Source of the DNA: Acidobacteriota bacterium
Lineage (GTDB): Bacteria > Acidobacteriota > UBA6911 > RPQK01 > JAJDTT01
Length of the DNA stretch: 64,000 nucleotides
Direction of reading: 5' to 3'
Assembly: GCA_965217775.1 (NCBI GenBank)
Contig: CBDCJH010000002.1
Span: 2,016,001-2,080,000 of the forward strand
This document shows positions 19,072 through 29,610 of this stretch, piece after piece; position 1 is the first letter of the stretch; each line of letters starts with the position of its first letter. A program made the translations under genes and the position numbers. The notes beneath the pieces are model-generated. The model was not told the DNA's origin and did no database searches. It saw only the letters and a program-made list of their open reading frames with translations.

Positions 19072-19931
19072 TGGCCCTGGTCGTGGCCACCTCCATCGCC
19101 GGAGCCAGGAAGGCGATGGAAGGTGCCCGCCAGGGTGGGTCGTCGAGAGGCCTCGTCCCCACCATGGGAGCCCTGCACCAGGGTCATCGGAAGCTGATCC
19201 AGGTGGCGCGGCGGGAATGCGACTGGCTCGCCGTGAGCATCTTTGTGAATCCGGCCCAGTTCGGTCCGGAGGAAGACTTCGACACCTATCCGAGAGACCT
19301 GGATTCGGATCTCGCCATGTGCCGGGAATTGGGAGTCGATCTGGTCTTTCAGCCCGGCAGAGACGAAGTCTATCCGGCCACGCACAGGACTTTCGTGGAG
19401 GTCGAGACCGTGACCTCGCACCTGTGCGGCCGGTTTCGCCCCGCACATTTCCGCGGCGTCGCCACCATCGTCCTGAAACTCCTGAACATCCTGGAGCCGG
19501 ACCGAGCCTACTTCGGCGAGAAGGACGCCCAACAGACGGTGGTCGTGCGGCAATTGGCGAAGGATCTGAACCTGCCGGTGAACGTCCGCCAGGTCCCGAC
19601 GGTTCGAGACACCGACGGCTTGGCCATCAGTTCCCGGAACCGCCATCTCGGATCCCAAGAGCGAAAGGCCGCCACCGCTCTCTTTCGGACCCTGAGGCAG
19701 ATCCGGACCATGGTGCTCCAGGGAGCCCGGGACGCCGGCCAGATCCGCCGCAGCGGACTCCGGCTCCTGAGGCGGGAACCCCTGGTCCAGGTCGAGTACC
19801 TGGACTTGGTCGATCCGGAAACCATGCAGCCCGTGTCCGAGGTTCACGGCCCGGTCCGAGCCGCCGCCGCCATTCGCGTCGGCGGCGTCCGGCTGATCGA
19901 CAACCTTCTGTGCGAAGATGGAGACTGCTGA
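19071..19931 (+). CDS. panC: Pantoate--beta-alanine ligase
   Basis: VPTMGALHQGH, SIFVNPAQF, FGEKDAQQ, SSRN, RLIDN. Confidence 0.95.
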   Translation: MALVVATSIAGARKAMEGARQGGSSRGLVPTMGALHQGHRKLIQVARRECDWLAVSIFVNPAQFGPEEDFDTYPRDLDSDLAMCRELGVDLVFQPGRDEVYPATHRTFVEVETVTSHLCGRFRPAHFRGVATIVLKLLNILEPDRAYFGEKDAQQTVVVRQLAKDLNLPVNVRQVPTVRDTDGLAISSRNRHLGSQERKAATALFRTLRQIRTMVLQGARDAGQIRRSGLRLLRREPLVQVEYLDLVDPETMQPVSEVHGPVRAAAAIRVGGVRLIDNLLCEDGDC

Positions 19932-20128
19932 AACGACTCGCTTTTACCACCTTTTTCCCAAACATCGACCTGCCGCCAGGCACCCCCCGCGCTGCCGAAT
20001 ATCTCCCTTCTCACTGCTCACTTCTCATTCCTCAAATTGACTTTCGTGCGGAAACCTTCTAGTCTGCCCTCCCGGAGTCGCTAGTCGACTATCTCAGCCA
20101 TTCGTTTCTCCGGTTCGTTCGTCCCGAT

Positions 20129-21004
20129 ATGGTCAGGAAACGGATCTATTCCACGCGGGAACTTGCCCAACTCTGGAACCTGAGCGAATCGACCATAAAG
20201 CGGTGGACCGATGCCGGGAAGCTCCAATGCGATCGGACTCCGGGCGGCCATCGAAGGTTCCAACTCAAGCATATTCAGGACTTTCAGGCTCGCCACCGAT
20301 TCGAGGGAACGGGTCTCCTCACCTCGACCGAGTGGGAGGACCCCCGATTGGAGACCTTCGTCAACCAGAGGAATTGGGCCCGGGTGAGAGAGTTGATCCT
20401 CTATCTGGCTTCCGAGAACCAGTGCGCCCCGATCAAGGATCTTCTGGAGCGGCTCTACATTCGTGGACTGAGCATGGGGGGTCTCTACGACGAGGTGCTG
20501 GCACCCATATTCGCCGGCTCCCGGGGAAATCATTCTTCCAATACCATGAGTCTGGGCCAAGCCCGGCTCGTGGAAAAGAATCTTGAAGAGGCCTTGTACT
20601 ATTTCTTTCCCGGTGTCGTCTGCCGCAGACCCCTGGGTAAGACCGGACTCTGTGCGGCGCCTGCCGCCTATTGCAGCCACTTCATCAACGGAATCTCCCG
20701 CGTCTTGAACGAAGAGGGATGGGACGCCCTGAATCTGGGCAGCAAGGTTCCGTTCGATGCGATGGCTGAAATGGTGGAGGAGCAACCGGTGAACCTGGCC
20801 TGCGTCCACGCCCGGAAGAGACTGAGTGACAAGTCGAAGGACCGTTTCCGGGCGTTGAACGTGGCCTGTGAACGCTACCGTATTCCGGTCCTTCTGTTGG
20901 GTCCGGGTTTTTCGACGCCCGGATCTAGGATGGACCTTTCCTACGACGAGTACATCCCCAGCTTTCGGGACTTCTCCGACTATATTCAGCGCGTGGTTCA
21001 CTGA
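20129..21004 (+). CDS. MerR/excisionase-type HTH regulator with a C-terminal cobalamin-binding-like domain
   Basis: YSTRELAQLW...STIKRW...RTPGGHRRF; C-terminal GWDALNLGSKVP. Confidence 0.65.
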   Translation: MVRKRIYSTRELAQLWNLSESTIKRWTDAGKLQCDRTPGGHRRFQLKHIQDFQARHRFEGTGLLTSTEWEDPRLETFVNQRNWARVRELILYLASENQCAPIKDLLERLYIRGLSMGGLYDEVLAPIFAGSRGNHSSNTMSLGQARLVEKNLEEALYYFFPGVVCRRPLGKTGLCAAPAAYCSHFINGISRVLNEEGWDALNLGSKVPFDAMAEMVEEQPVNLACVHARKRLSDKSKDRFRALNVACERYRIPVLLLGPGFSTPGSRMDLSYDEYIPSFRDFSDYIQRVVH

Positions 21005-21023
21005 ATCGAAAGACACGTCCGGG

Positions 21024-22031
21024 TCACGAGCCGTGGTCCTCCCCACGTAGTCTCCGCACCAGATCCTGGTACAGCCGGACACCCGCCTCCAGCTCGGCCT
21101 TGGAAACCCTCTCTTCGGCCGTGTGAGCCACCAGTATGGACCCGGGTCCCACCAGGAGCGGACGTCCCAGGGCTCTCAGGGCCGGCACATCCGTCCCGTA
21201 TCCCACGACCTTGGTGGGCAGCCCGGGGATCGACGCCATTTCCTGAGGTTCCGAGGTCGCGCGGATCTCCAAATTCGCCCGACCCGAAGCCCACTCTTTC
21301 AGAATTCCCACGTATCCGCTGTTTTCGGTCACGGTCCGGAGCAGGATCTCGGCTTCGGCCAGATCCGGAATCACGTTCGGCGCGTGGCCTCCCCGGATCA
21401 ATCCCACGTTGACGCTGGTTTCACCGAGCGTGGCGTCGGAGGGAAACTTCAGGGACTGCAACTCGGCCAGGAGGGACACCAGCTTGTCGATAGCCGACAC
21501 GCCCTGCTCGGGATAGGCGGAGTGGGCCGTGACCCCGTCACAACGCAACACGGCGTAGACCATGCCCTTGTGGCCCACCACCAATTCGTTGTCGGTGGGC
21601 TCGCCGTCAATAATATAGTTGCAGCGCAGACCCAGCTCCCTGGCCTTCCAGGCGCCGTCGCTTTCCGTCTCCTCCCCCACCACGAAGAGAAGCCCCAGGT
21701 CCGAGATGCCCTCCTGGAGGAGCCCGTCCGCGGCGCAGATCATGGCCGCGATGAGCCCTTTGGCATCCGAAACGCCGCGTCCGTACAGGTATTCTTCGTC
21801 CTGCCGGAACTCGAAGAAGGGAGGGACCGTATCCATGTGGGTCGTCAGCAGAATCCGTGGCTCTTCCCGGATGGCCAGCACGTTGATGCGGCCCCCGGTG
21901 ACGGTCTGGGACCGGCAGTTCCACCCCTGGTTCTGAAGGTATTCCAGCAGGAAGCGTCCGACGGGCCCTTCCGCTCCCGTCACCGAAGGGATGTTCACCA
22001 GAGACCGGGTCAGTTCGATCAGGTCAACCAA
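21024..22031 (-). CDS. M20-family metallohydrolase (ArgE/DapE-like)
   Basis: THMDTVPP, GRGVSDAKG, VGEE, GEPT, AHTAEE. Confidence 0.85.
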   Translation of the reverse strand: MVDLIELTRSLVNIPSVTGAEGPVGRFLLEYLQNQGWNCRSQTVTGGRINVLAIREEPRILLTTHMDTVPPFFEFRQDEEYLYGRGVSDAKGLIAAMICAADGLLQEGISDLGLLFVVGEETESDGAWKARELGLRCNYIIDGEPTDNELVVGHKGMVYAVLRCDGVTAHSAYPEQGVSAIDKLVSLLAELQSLKFPSDATLGETSVNVGLIRGGHAPNVIPDLAEAEILLRTVTENSGYVGILKEWASGRANLEIRATSEPQEMASIPGLPTKVVGYGTDVPALRALGRPLLVGPGSILVAHTAEERVSKAELEAGVRLYQDLVRRLRGEDHGS

Positions 22032-22035
22032 AGCC

Positions 22036-22383
22036 TCACTCCCCGTTATAGACGGCTCGAACCGAAGTGGTGATGCCACCTCGTACGGTAAAGTCCCCGA
22101 TCACTTCGCAGCGAATCGGCCGAGATGCGGCCACCAGATCGTCCAGGATTTTGTTGACCACCGATTCGTAGAAGATCCCCTGGTTGCGATAGGAGAACAA
22201 ATAGAATTTCAGGGATTTCAATTCAATGACGTGTTGATCCGGAACATACCGGATCCGAATGGTCCCGAAGTCCGGCTGTCCCGTTTTGGGACACAACGAC
22301 GTGAACTCGGGACATTCGATGCTGACCTGGTACTCCCGGCCCGGGTACTGGTTCGGAAAGGTCTCCAGAATCTGGTTCGACAT
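22036..22383 (-). CDS. queF: preQ0 reductase
   Basis: [27 protein letters not shown]. Confidence 0.93.
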   Translation of the reverse strand: MSNQILETFPNQYPGREYQVSIECPEFTSLCPKTGQPDFGTIRIRYVPDQHVIELKSLKFYLFSYRNQGIFYESVVNKILDDLVAASRPIRCEVIGDFTVRGGITTSVRAVYNGE

Positions 22384-22460
22384 GGTTCTCCCTCTCCGGC
22401 GTCGGATCTTGTCTCAGATGGGAGCGCGGGCAGGGTTTGCCGCCGGCAGTCGAGCGGCCG

Positions 22461-23414
22461 TTACGAAAGCACGTGCAGTTGGTTCGGTGGCTGCTTCAGC
22501 GCGGGAGGAAGGGCGAAGTGAACGTTTTCCTCCCGCGTCACCAGATCCTCCACTACGGCCCCGTTGCGCTCGAAGTATTGGATGACCTGGTCGACCAGGA
22601 CTTCAGGGGCCGAAGCACCCGAGGTCAGACCCACGGCCTCCACGCCTTGGAGCCATTCCTGCCGGATCTTGCTTACATTGCTGATGAGATGGGAAGGGAC
22701 TCCCGAATTGATCGCTTCCTCCACCAGGCGATTGGAATTGCTGCTGTTGGATGCTCCCACGACCAGAATCAGATCCGTGACAGCGGCCAATTCCCTCACC
22801 GCGAGTTGGCGATTCTGCGTCGCGTAACAGATGTCTTCCGACGGCGGTCCCTGAACCATGGGGAAGCGCTGCCTCAACGCGGCGATGATTTCCCGCGTGT
22901 CCTCGAGACTCAGGGTCGTCTGGGTCAGGTAGGCGATTTTTTCAGGGTCTTCAACCTCAAGCGCCTGGACATCCTCGATGTTGCTCACCAATACGGTGGA
23001 TTCCGGAGCCTCTCCCATGGTCCCGACGACCTCTTCGTGTCCCTCGTGACCGATGAGGACGATGGTATGTCCCCGCCTGGAATATCGGATGGCCTCGACA
23101 TGCACCTTCGTGACCAGCGGACAGGTGGCGTCGATGACATTGAGGGACCTGGTTCGGGCCTCGGCCCAGACCTGGGGAGACACCCCGTGCGCGCTGAAGA
23201 TGACCGTCCCGCCCGCGGGCACCCGGTCCAGCGAATCGACGAAGATCGCACCTTCCTGGCGGAGCTCGTCCACCACGTACGCATTGTGAATAATCTGCTT
23301 TCTCACGTAAATCGGCGGTGGACAGACTTCCAGCGCTACCCTGACGACATCGATGGCCCGAACCACACCGGCACAGAAGCCCCTGGGGGTGGCCAGGATC
23401 AACTTCTTGACCAT
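22461..23414 (-). CDS. ispH: 4-hydroxy-3-methylbut-2-enyl diphosphate reductase
   Basis: PRGFCAGV, FSAHGV, DATCPLVTKVH, ICYATQNRQ, SSNS. Confidence 0.95.
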   Translation of the reverse strand: MVKKLILATPRGFCAGVVRAIDVVRVALEVCPPPIYVRKQIIHNAYVVDELRQEGAIFVDSLDRVPAGGTVIFSAHGVSPQVWAEARTRSLNVIDATCPLVTKVHVEAIRYSRRGHTIVLIGHEGHEEVVGTMGEAPESTVLVSNIEDVQALEVEDPEKIAYLTQTTLSLEDTREIIAALRQRFPMVQGPPSEDICYATQNRQLAVRELAAVTDLILVVGASNSSNSNRLVEEAINSGVPSHLISNVSKIRQEWLQGVEAVGLTSGASAPEVLVDQVIQYFERNGAVVEDLVTREENVHFALPPALKQPPNQLHVLS

Positions 23415-23529
23415 AGCGTAGGGATCGTAGCATAAACCTCCCGGCGTGAGCATCGAGACCGAGTTGCGGTTCGTGAAGCCAGGGAACTGCGACCGGTCAA
23501 CAGTCCGTGGTGACTTTTGCCACGGGCTG

Positions 23530-24561
23530 TCAAGACCGTTTCGGGACTGGACTCGAATAGGGACAACAACCGCCGGGACACAAGTCCGGCCCGGGTGCCC
23601 GGGCGCCCAGGAACCGGCGCCGGGTCCCTCGGGTCCGTTCCCGGACAAGCTCGCCGACCATGCTCACGAAAGCGGGATGGGTCCCCGCCGTCGCGGCTCG
23701 CACCAGGTTCAGACCCAGAGAGCGGGCCAGATCGGCCAGTTCCACGTCCAGATCGAAGACCACCTCCATGTGATCGGAGATGAAGCCGATGGGAGAGACC
23801 ACCACGTCCCGGACACCCCGACTCGCGAATCCCCGGAGGTGGTCGCCGGCATCCGGCTCCAACCAGGGCTGGTGAGGTGGTCCGCTCCGGCTCTGATAGG
23901 CCAGGCTCCATCCGGAATGGGGAACCTGATTCGCCACCAGCCGGCAGGTCTCCCGCAACTGGTCCACGTAGTCGCAGCCCCGGGCCATGGCCAGCGGAAT
24001 GCTGTGGGCGGTGAACAACAGTTGCGCCCGGGACCTCCGGAAACGTGGGATCTGCGCCAGGGCGGCGCGAACTCGATCCCGATTGGATTCGATGAACCCC
24101 GGATGATTGTAGAAGACCCGAAGCTTGTGGATCTCCGGCGGCGGAGCCCCCGTCTCCTGCTGGGCTCGTTGGATGTCCTCCAGGTACTGGCGGCATCCGG
24201 AGTAGGAGCTGTAGGCCGAGGTCACGAAGGCCAGTGCCTTCCTGATGCCGGCGGCGGCCATCTCTCCAAGAGTCTGAGAAAGCAAGGGATGCCAGTTTCG
24301 ATTTCCCCAATAGATCGGCAGGTCGGGCCCCTTCTCCCGCAGTTCCCGGCGCACGGCTTGGATCAGCTTCCGGTTCTGCCGGTTGATGGGGCTCACGCCA
24401 TCGAAGATCCGGTAGTGATGGGCCACTTCCCGGATCCTCTCCTCCGGCACGCGCTTTCCCCGCAGCACGTTTCTGAGAAAGGGCTCCACTTCGTCCATGC
24501 CTTCGGGCCCTCCGAAGGAAATCACCAGCAGCGCGTCATAGGGCGGCTCATTCATGCGCAT
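23530..24561 (-). CDS. hemH: Ferrochelatase
   Basis: SFGGPE, FTAHSIP, YQSRSG, WLEPD, GFISDHMEV. Confidence 0.92.
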   Translation of the reverse strand: MRMNEPPYDALLVISFGGPEGMDEVEPFLRNVLRGKRVPEERIREVAHHYRIFDGVSPINRQNRKLIQAVRRELREKGPDLPIYWGNRNWHPLLSQTLGEMAAAGIRKALAFVTSAYSSYSGCRQYLEDIQRAQQETGAPPPEIHKLRVFYNHPGFIESNRDRVRAALAQIPRFRRSRAQLLFTAHSIPLAMARGCDYVDQLRETCRLVANQVPHSGWSLAYQSRSGPPHQPWLEPDAGDHLRGFASRGVRDVVVSPIGFISDHMEVVFDLDVELADLARSLGLNLVRAATAGTHPAFVSMVGELVRERTRGTRRRFLGARAPGPDLCPGGCCPYSSPVPKRS

Positions 24562-24744
24562 CCGTCTCCACGCTCCCCAGTATATCGCTGGGAGTGCCGC
24601 CTTCCAGGTCGGGAAACGACTGCACCGTACCGTTCACGATGACGCTTCTCTCCCGTAATTCCCGATGGAAAAGGGAGTTTCGGGAAAGTCACCGGAACTG
24701 CTATAGTTTGGTCGATTTACCTTCGGCTTACCCTGGAGAACACC

Positions 24745-26382
24745 GTGGAAAAGAGCTGGTTGCGACATTACGACGAGGCCGTCCCCACATCCATCGACTA
24801 CCCGAATATCGACCTCTACTCCCTGTTTCGACAAGCCGTCGAGGAGCATCCCCGCGGCACTGCGACGCGCTTTTTCGGTGCCCGGGTGCGGTATGGCGAG
24901 TTGGGAAGGAAGGTGGATCGATTCGCCTCGGTCCTGGCCTCCCTGGGCGTGGAAAAGGGAGATCGGGTGGCTCTGATATTGCCCAATATGCCTCTCTACC
25001 CCATCGCCCATTTCGCGGTTCTGAAACTGGGCGCCGTCCTGGTCCCCACCAACCCCCTCTACGTGGAGCGGGAGCTGCGGTATCAGCTCACGGACTCGGG
25101 GGCCGAGACGGTGGTGGTGCTGGACAAGCTCCTGGGCCGTCTTCTCTCCGTTCGGGAGCGGACTCCGGTGAAACGAATCATTTCCGCTGGAATCCAGGAG
25201 TTTCTTCCTGCCGTCCTGGGAGTTCTGTACGGACTCAAGAACCGGTCCTCCGAGCCCCCTCCGACGGCACCCGGACTGTATGAGTACCGGGACCTGATGA
25301 AGCGCAAGGTCCCTTCCCGGGAGGGCGCGGACGTTTCTCCGGACGACACCGCCATCCTGCTTTACACCGGAGGCACCACCGGCATCTCCAAAGGGGCGAT
25401 CCTGACCCACCGCAATCTGGTCTGCAACGTTCATCAGACCAATTCGTGGCTCGCGGACCTCCAGGTGAAGCAGGAGATCTTTTTCTGCGCGCTCCCCTTC
25501 TTCCACAGCTACGGACTGACCACCGGCCTCCATTTGGCCGTCCTCTGCCGGTGCACCATGATTCTCCTTCCCCGTGTCGATCTGGCCGACGTGGTCAAGC
25601 GAATCCGCAAGCACCGGCCGACCATCTTCTGCGGTGTCCCTGCCATGTACAACGCCATCAACAATTACTCCGGCATCAAGAGTTCGGACCTCTCCTCCAT
25701 CCGCCTCTGCGTCAGTGGAGGAGCCGGCCTGCCATCCGACGTCCAGGCCCGCTTCGAGGAGATGTCCGGCGGAAAATTGGTGGAGGGATACGGCCTCTCG
25801 GAGGCTTCACCGCTCGTGAGCGTGAACCCCATCTTCGGCAACCGCAAGAATGGAACCATCGGAGTGCCCGTCGCCGACACCGACGCGCGGATCGTGGACC
25901 CCGACACCGGGAACGTCCTGCCGGACGGCGAAGTCGGCGAGCTCTCGGTCTCCGGACCCCAGGTGATGCAAGGCTACTGGAACAAACCGGAGGAGACCGC
26001 GAACGTGCTGCAGGACGGTTGGCTCAAGACCGGCGACATGGCGGCGATGGATGAGGACGGGTACTTCACCATCGTGGATCGGAAGAAGGATCTGATCCTG
26101 AGCGCCGGAATGAACATCTATTCCCGCGAAGTGGAGGAGGTTCTCTACCAGCACCCCAGCGTCCAGGATGCTGCCGTGGTGGGTGTTCCCAGTCCGGTCC
26201 GGGGCGAGGTCCCCAAGGCCTTCATCGTGCTCAAGGAAGGCCACGAATTGACCAGACGGGACGTGATTCGCTTCTGCCACGGGAAGCTGGCTCGATTCAA
26301 GATCCCCAGGCACGTGGAATTCCGGGATGAGCTCCCCAAGAGCGCGATTGGAAAAATACTGAAGCGTCTTCTCAAAGATTAG
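24745..26382 (+). CDS. Long-chain fatty acid--CoA ligase
   Basis: YTGGTTGISKG, EGYGLSE, TGD, DRKKD, LPKSAIGK. Confidence 0.92.
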   Translation: MEKSWLRHYDEAVPTSIDYPNIDLYSLFRQAVEEHPRGTATRFFGARVRYGELGRKVDRFASVLASLGVEKGDRVALILPNMPLYPIAHFAVLKLGAVLVPTNPLYVERELRYQLTDSGAETVVVLDKLLGRLLSVRERTPVKRIISAGIQEFLPAVLGVLYGLKNRSSEPPPTAPGLYEYRDLMKRKVPSREGADVSPDDTAILLYTGGTTGISKGAILTHRNLVCNVHQTNSWLADLQVKQEIFFCALPFFHSYGLTTGLHLAVLCRCTMILLPRVDLADVVKRIRKHRPTIFCGVPAMYNAINNYSGIKSSDLSSIRLCVSGGAGLPSDVQARFEEMSGGKLVEGYGLSEASPLVSVNPIFGNRKNGTIGVPVADTDARIVDPDTGNVLPDGEVGELSVSGPQVMQGYWNKPEETANVLQDGWLKTGDMAAMDEDGYFTIVDRKKDLILSAGMNIYSREVEEVLYQHPSVQDAAVVGVPSPVRGEVPKAFIVLKEGHELTRRDVIRFCHGKLARFKIPRHVEFRDELPKSAIGKILKRLLKD

Positions 26383-26429
26383 TCTTTCAATAGTATTCGT
26401 AAAACAGTTTTTTAAATTCAAGAATTGCT

Positions 26430-27821
26430 TCAGTCCGGACTCTCCGTTCGGTCGGGGTAGGGAATGAAGCCGCGGTTCAATATTCCCGCCGGATCGTAGA
26501 ACTGCTTCCACCGTTGCAGATCTTCCCAGATCTCTCCAAAGTGACTCTTCCACTGTTCCGGAGTGAACTCCACCCACCCCGAGAGGTAGCGCCTTCCCCC
26601 GACTCTCATCGAAAGATCGCTGGCCGTCTTCAGTAGCTGACGGGCCAACGGGAGCATCGGCCTGGGCACCGCAGGCAGTATCCCGAAGCCCAGGATGAAT
26701 TCGCCCGGAGGGCGCCTGAACAGGGGAAGCGCGTCTCCCTGGAAGCGGCAGGGCCAGATCAGAACGTGGCCGCCGGCCAGGAGCTGCGGGGGAAAGTTGG
26801 CCAGCACGCCGCCGATATAGCCCGGGGCCTGATCCCAGGGCAGAATGGTCTCCATCCAGGGGTGGCACATGCCCCAGGCCCCGCTCTGCCTCCACAGTTC
26901 GAAGACCGGCTCCAGCCGATGGGCGAACTCCAGCACGGTGGAATCCTCCACCTGCAGCTTGCGATAGAAGCTCAGGCCGTCGAGCAGCTCTTCCTCCCGA
27001 GGCTCTTCCTCACCGAACTCCACGGACAAGTGCAGGGGGAAGAACCATTCGGCGAAGGGAACCCGGACGCCTCCCATACGCCGCAAGCCCTGGACACAGG
27101 GAGAGGCCCAAGACTCGATGTAGTCGACGCGCTGCTGGGTCAGGAGACGCTTCTGGTCCGCCATCAGGGCACCCAGGTCATCGTAGAGGAGATAGAAGGT
27201 CCGGACCCGGGGAGCGACCCGGCGGAGCCGGAGCCGGGCGCTCAGGATGACCGAGAATTGGCCGAGTCCGCACAAGGTGCAGAAGAAGAGTTCGGAGTTT
27301 TCCTCTGGAGAACAGCGCACCCGATGCCCCTCCCCCGTCACGACCTCCAGCTCCACCACCTGGTGGGCCTGGGTGCCATAGCGGTGGGAAGACACGCCGA
27401 TGCCGGCCATGGAGAGGGTTCCCCCCACGGTCACGTTGAGATTGTTGGTGAGAACCGGGGGAAGAAGTCCCCTCTCGGAAGTGAAGGCCACCAGGTCGCG
27501 CCACAGGACGCCGGCCTGGACCTTCACCGTTTCCCCTTCCACGGCGCCGATCCCGTTCAACGGACTCAGATCCAGAAGGATTCCGTCCTGGGAGAGCGAC
27601 TGGCCACTCTGGGAATGGGAAGCTCCCCGGGTCGAGACCGGCCACCCCTCCCGGGAAGCCGTCGCCACCACGGTGGCCACGTCCTCGACCGATTCCGGCG
27701 CCACCAGGGCTTTGGGAGTCTTCACCAGGATCCGCCCGAAATCGGTGGCCACGTCTCGGCGCGACTCCTGGTCCAGGTAGATCTTCCCCCGAATCAAACG
27801 CTTGAGTTTCTCGATATCCAT
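26430..27821 (-). CDS. VAO-type FAD-linked oxidoreductase, cytokinin-dehydrogenase-like
   Basis: DFGR, RGASHSQSGQ, TVGGTLSMAG, GLGQFSVI, HPW, YDPAGILN. Confidence 0.7.
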   Translation of the reverse strand: MDIEKLKRLIRGKIYLDQESRRDVATDFGRILVKTPKALVAPESVEDVATVVATASREGWPVSTRGASHSQSGQSLSQDGILLDLSPLNGIGAVEGETVKVQAGVLWRDLVAFTSERGLLPPVLTNNLNVTVGGTLSMAGIGVSSHRYGTQAHQVVELEVVTGEGHRVRCSPEENSELFFCTLCGLGQFSVILSARLRLRRVAPRVRTFYLLYDDLGALMADQKRLLTQQRVDYIESWASPCVQGLRRMGGVRVPFAEWFFPLHLSVEFGEEEPREEELLDGLSFYRKLQVEDSTVLEFAHRLEPVFELWRQSGAWGMCHPWMETILPWDQAPGYIGGVLANFPPQLLAGGHVLIWPCRFQGDALPLFRRPPGEFILGFGILPAVPRPMLPLARQLLKTASDLSMRVGGRRYLSGWVEFTPEQWKSHFGEIWEDLQRWKQFYDPAGILNRGFIPYPDRTESPD

Positions 27822-27927
27822 TTGACAGACCTGAGAATACGTCATCGCGGCCGGCCCCACCGGAACCGGCGCCGCCTGCTCCCGTGAACCGGGCAAAATC
27901 TGAGCATCCGAGTATAATCGATGAATT

Positions 27928-29610
27928 ATGTCATTCGATATGAGACACCAGAGTCGAACTCTACTGGACGGACCCGACCGGGCGGGAGCGCGATCCTTCT
28001 TCAAGGCCATCGGTTTTACCGACCAGGACCTGGCCAAACCCCTCATCGGAGTCGCCCACTGCTGGATCGAGGTCACGCCCTGCAACTTCAACCACCGGCG
28101 ACTGGCGAAAAAGGTCAAGGAAGGGGTTCGAGCCGCCGGCGGCACTCCCCTGGAGTTCAACACCATCTCGGTGACCGACGGGATCGCCATGGGGACCGAG
28201 GGCATGAAATCGTCGCTGGTCAGCCGGGAGGTCATCGCCGACTCCATCGAACTGGTCTGCCGAGGACACCTGTTCGACGGCCTCGTCGCCATTACGGGAT
28301 GCGACAAGACGAGCCCGGCCGCCGCCATGGCGCTGTCGCGGCTCAACATCCCCAGTCTGATTCTCTACAGCGGTTCCATCATGCCGGGGGAATACAACGG
28401 GCGTAAGCTCACGGTTCAGGACGCCTACGAGGCCATCGGAGCCTACAATGCGGGTCGCATCGACCGGGAGGAACTCAGGGGCATCGAAAACTACGCCTGT
28501 CCCGGTGCCGGGGCGTGCGGAGGCCAGTTCACCGCCAACACCATGTCCACCGCGTTCGAGATGCTGGGCATCTCCCCCATGGGCTTCAACGGAATCCCGG
28601 CGGTGGACCCCAAAAAGGAAGAGGCGGCCCTGGAATGCGGGCGGCTGGTGATGCGGCTCCTGGAGCAGGGACTCCGGCCCCGGGACATCCTGACCCGGCG
28701 GTCCATCCTCAATGCCATCACCGGAGCCATGGCCACGGCCGGATCCACCAACGTGGTGCTCCATCTGTTGGCCATCGCTCGGGAATCCGACATTTCTCTG
28801 GACATCGACGACTTCGACCTGATCTCGCGCCAGACTCCGGTCCTGGCCGACCTGAAGCCGGCGGGGCGCTTTACCGCCCCCGACATGCACCAGGCCGGCG
28901 GCATGACCTACGTCGGCCGCCTGTTGCTGGAAGCGGGGCTCGTCGACGGTGAGCTCCCCACCGTCACCGGCAGGACCCTGGCCGCGGAACTGACCCGCGG
29001 TCAGGCTCCGGAGGGACAAGAGGTCATCCGGCTCGTGTCCGATCCCATCAAGAAGACCGGGGGCCTCATCATCTTGCGGGGAAACCTGGCCCCCGAAGGG
29101 TGCGTGCTGAAAATCTCCGGTGTCGATCGGGACGGTCACACCGGTCCCGCCCGGGTCTTCGACCGGGAGGAGGAGGCGTTCGCCGCCATCAAAAAGGGGC
29201 AAATCAAGGCCGGGGACGTCATCGTGATCCGCAACGAGGGTCCCGTGGGCGGACCGGGCATGCGAGAACTCTTGCAGGTCACGGGCGCCGTCCAGGGATC
29301 CGGCTTGGGAGACAAGGTGGCTCTCATCACGGACGGGCGTTTTTCGGGCGCTACTCGGGGTTTCGTGGTGGGGCACGTGGCTCCCGAGGCCGCCGTCGGC
29401 GGACCGTTGGCCGCCTTGCAGGATGGCGACATCATCAAGCTGGACATCAAGGAACGGATGATGAACGTGGACCTGAGCGACGGGGAGATCCGGCACCGCC
29501 TCCGGAACTGGAAACCCTCGCGGACTCGTTCCAAGATCGGCGTCTTGGCCAAGTACGCCCGTACGGTTTCCTCACCCTCCGATGGAGCCGTCACCTTTCC
29601 GCTGGACTGA
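27928..29610 (+). CDS. ilvD: Dihydroxy-acid dehydratase
   Basis: PCNFNH, DGIAMG, GCDK, GACGGQFTANTM, TDGRFSG, GHVAPEA. Confidence 0.95.
   Translation: MSFDMRHQSRTLLDGPDRAGARSFFKAIGFTDQDLAKPLIGVAHCWIEVTPCNFNHRRLAKKVKEGVRAAGGTPLEFNTISVTDGIAMGTEGMKSSLVSREVIADSIELVCRGHLFDGLVAITGCDKTSPAAAMALSRLNIPSLILYSGSIMPGEYNGRKLTVQDAYEAIGAYNAGRIDREELRGIENYACPGAGACGGQFTANTMSTAFEMLGISPMGFNGIPAVDPKKEEAALECGRLVMRLLEQGLRPRDILTRRSILNAITGAMATAGSTNVVLHLLAIARESDISLDIDDFDLISRQTPVLADLKPAGRFTAPDMHQAGGMTYVGRLLLEAGLVDGELPTVTGRTLAAELTRGQAPEGQEVIRLVSDPIKKTGGLIILRGNLAPEGCVLKISGVDRDGHTGPARVFDREEEAFAAIKKGQIKAGDVIVIRNEGPVGGPGMRELLQVTGAVQGSGLGDKVALITDGRFSGATRGFVVGHVAPEAAVGGPLAALQDGDIIKLDIKERMMNVDLSDGEIRHRLRNWKPSRTRSKIGVLAKYARTVSSPSDGAVTFPLD

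Noticed and set aside
22036-22383. queF as part of a 7-deazaguanine DNA-modification (dpd) system
   Set aside because: There is no dpdA/tgt-like or other que gene adjacent, and the context (ispH, hemH) is housekeeping.
26383-26429. AT-rich patch as an origin or mobile-element end
   Set aside because: It is a short spacer between convergent genes with no repeats or DnaA-box pattern.
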